IMG/VR virus record: IMGVR_UViG_3300030294_000014 | Length of the DNA stretch: 37,042 nucleotides | Source: an uncultured virus (IMG/VR IMGVR_UViG_3300030294_000014) | Taxonomy: Duplodnaviria > Heunggongvirae > Uroviricota > Caudoviricetes | Direction: 5' to 3' (one strand) | Part shown: positions 35,446-37,042 of the stretch, one piece after another | How positions within the stretch are numbered: the stretch's first letter is position 1 | Layout of the letters: each line of letters starts with the position of its first letter | Position numbers and translations under genes: made by a program | The notes under the pieces: generated by a model | The model's database searches: none | What the model was told of the DNA's origin: nothing | The model's input: only the letters and a program-made list of their open reading frames with translations

Positions 35446-37042
35446 TTATGCAGTATATAAATGAAATGTTGTTGATTGGTCCGTATACAATTTGGGGATT
35501 GTCCGTATTTCCGATGTGTATCCAGACTTTGAAACTGTTACTTTAGCAACGCATTCAGATATAATATCTTTTATTTTAAATAATCCATTAGCATCTGTTA
35601 TGGTGGAATACCCACTTATTCCTGACACATTAGTATTATTCCCTAAAACTATATTAACTGAAGCTCCTTGAATCGGAGTAGAATTAGAATCCATTACTGT
35701 CCCTGAATATGTGTATGGTACGACTATATTTCCTGTAATGAATCTGTATAGAATATCTGCATATCTTTGGTGTCCGGCATCATTCGGGTGAATACCTTCA
35801 TAAAATAATTTAGAATATACATCTGAGAGATACGGATTCATATCTCCTAAGGTAAACATATCACATATTGGCAATCCCCAAAATTTAGCAAATTCCTTAA
35901 TTCCATCTACATAATCTTTTAAATATAATCCGCAACTGTTTTTCTTTCGAGAGCCATCAAAAGAATTTTCAACTGATGAAGTATAATAGTTTTTATGTAT
36001 AGGAGTAATAACTATAATATTAACATGCCCTATTGTATCATATATGTTTTTTAATGCCTGATTCATTCCACCCAAAGTTGTTGTTACGTCATAGTTAGGT
36101 ACCATAACCCCGCTAACATCTGTATATACACTCCCTAACGGAACAGACATCCCGTGATCATTAGTGCCAGCTTCAAATAATACTATTTTTTCATTACCTG
36201 TTAGGTTTGCAATAGTTCGAGAGTATAATCCTTTTTGGGTACCATAATTTGTAACCATCCACGCGTTTGATGAATTGGAGACATCCCCATAACACCATCC
36301 CCCTTTGGCTGTAGCTCTATTAGGGGTCATCCCTAATCTAATGGATAATAGATTCATGAAACAATGAGAAACATCCGATGCCATAGCACCCTCTCCGATA
36401 GAATCTCCAATTATAGCAAGAACATTTTCATTCAATTCGGATTGTGGGTCTAAAACTTCTTTAGTATAATCAGTAGCAAAAACTTTTGAAAAATTGCTAT
36501 CCACTGATACATTCTCTAAAACAATTCCAAGGTTAACTACGCTATAAGTTGGCATTAATGAAAATAAATATACTGATTTTGTCAATGCAGGAATAGTTAC
36601 TCTTTTATTAGTCCAATTTATTTCATCGATTTGAGATAAAACATTAAAAGATGAATCATAAAATATTGCTGTATAGAATCTATAAGTATCATCATTAGCA
36701 ATAGTAAAATAAACGTCTACTCCTAATACAATAGGACTAGAAAACGATAATATTGCTCTATTTTTATTTGATCCTCCCATCGAAATACTCCCACTATAAT
36801 ATATTGATCCGTTCACTTGTTTGTCTAGTGAATTAAAATTTTCAATCGAAGCATCTATCATTGAAGATATACTTACAACTTTAATTGATAATTCAAAGGT
36901 AGTAGCAATGGTTACATTATTTGTTGTAAATATATAAATAGACTTAGTTAACGCTGGAATAGTAACCTTTTTATCCGTCCACCCTGTTGCATCTATCTGT
37001 CCTACTACATTTGTAGAGGAATCATAGAAAAGTAATGTTTTT
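35446..37042 (-). CDS. SGNH/GDSL hydrolase with N-terminal repeats and C-terminal carboxypeptidase-regulatory-like domain; probable tail/receptor-binding protein (5' end outside window)
   Basis: GDS, KGG, GTND and EGIHPN blocks; C-terminal SGTVMD...PIQGASV...TDANGLF...VSKSGY. Frame stays open from 36861 to the window edge. Confidence 0.8.
   Translation of the reverse strand, partial: KTLLFYDSSTNVVGQIDATGWTDKKVTIPALTKSIYIFTTNNVTIATTFELSIKVVSISSMIDASIENFNSLDKQVNGSIYYSGSISMGGSNKNRAILSFSSPIVLGVDVYFTIANDDTYRFYTAIFYDSSFNVLSQIDEINWTNKRVTIPALTKSVYLFSLMPTYSVVNLGIVLENVSVDSNFSKVFATDYTKEVLDPQSELNENVLAIIGDSIGEGAMASDVSHCFMNLLSIRLGMTPNRATAKGGWCYGDVSNSSNAWMVTNYGTQKGLYSRTIANLTGNEKIVLFEAGTNDHGMSVPLGSVYTDVSGVMVPNYDVTTTLGGMNQALKNIYDTIGHVNIIVITPIHKNYYTSSVENSFDGSRKKNSCGLYLKDYVDGIKEFAKFWGLPICDMFTLGDMNPYLSDVYSKLFYEGIHPNDAGHQRYADILYRFITGNIVVPYTYSGTVMDSNSTPIQGASVNIVLGNNTNVSGISGYSTITDANGLFKIKDIISECVAKVTVSKSGYTSEIRTIPKLYTDQSTTFHLYTA

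Larger units (their letters stand above)
1..37042 (-). mobile_element. Segment of a large dsDNA bacteriophage genome (replication/recombination module plus accessory gene array), probable Bacteroidota host
   Basis: Single-strand gene packing with overlapping stop/start codons. Phage-type replication set (DnaE, primase, DnaB, RecA, SbcCD, RuvC, two sigma factors, TerS-like) and many small hypothetical genes. No cellular housekeeping operons. Confidence 0.92.

Noticed and set aside
1..37042. tRNA or rRNA genes
   Set aside because: Intergenic gaps are short, and I saw no cloverleaf or T-loop consensus by eye; tRNAscan-SE would be decisive.

Overview
AT-rich, densely packed segment of a large dsDNA tailed phage genome. 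Every credible gene lies on the minus strand and reads in the standard code. The host is probably Bacteroidota (A-rich, mostly SD-less start contexts, S-C lipoboxes, a carboxypeptidase-regulatory-like domain). Read in the direction of transcription (right to left), it has three parts. (1) The 3' end of a repeat-containing SGNH esterase gene, probably tail-associated. (2) A structured intergenic region, then a ~22 kb replication/recombination module: SF2 helicase, DnaB-like helicase, primase, sigma factor, acidic charge-block protein, thymidylate-synthase-fold enzyme, family C (DnaE) polymerase, HD hydrolase, DUF1599, UvsY-like, SSB-like, RecA, SbcD, SbcC, RuvC-like, second sigma factor, UvrD-like helicase. 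(3) ~13 kb of small accessory genes, including a DUF2280-like TerS, a nucleotidyltransferase, a P-loop protein, a split ASCH gene, an Nmad5-like protein and a GT-A glycosyltransferase. Two candidate systems stand out. The first is a probable 5-hydroxymethyluracil DNA-substitution cassette wrapped around a DnaE with an extra N-terminal domain and a degenerate PHP site. The second is a pair of charge-block proteins (SSB-like and a frameshifted acidic protein) that share a helix-extension-helix module; their genes carry perfect 50-bp and 32-bp direct repeats that bracket that cassette. All family assignments come from motif recognition by eye; no database searches were run.
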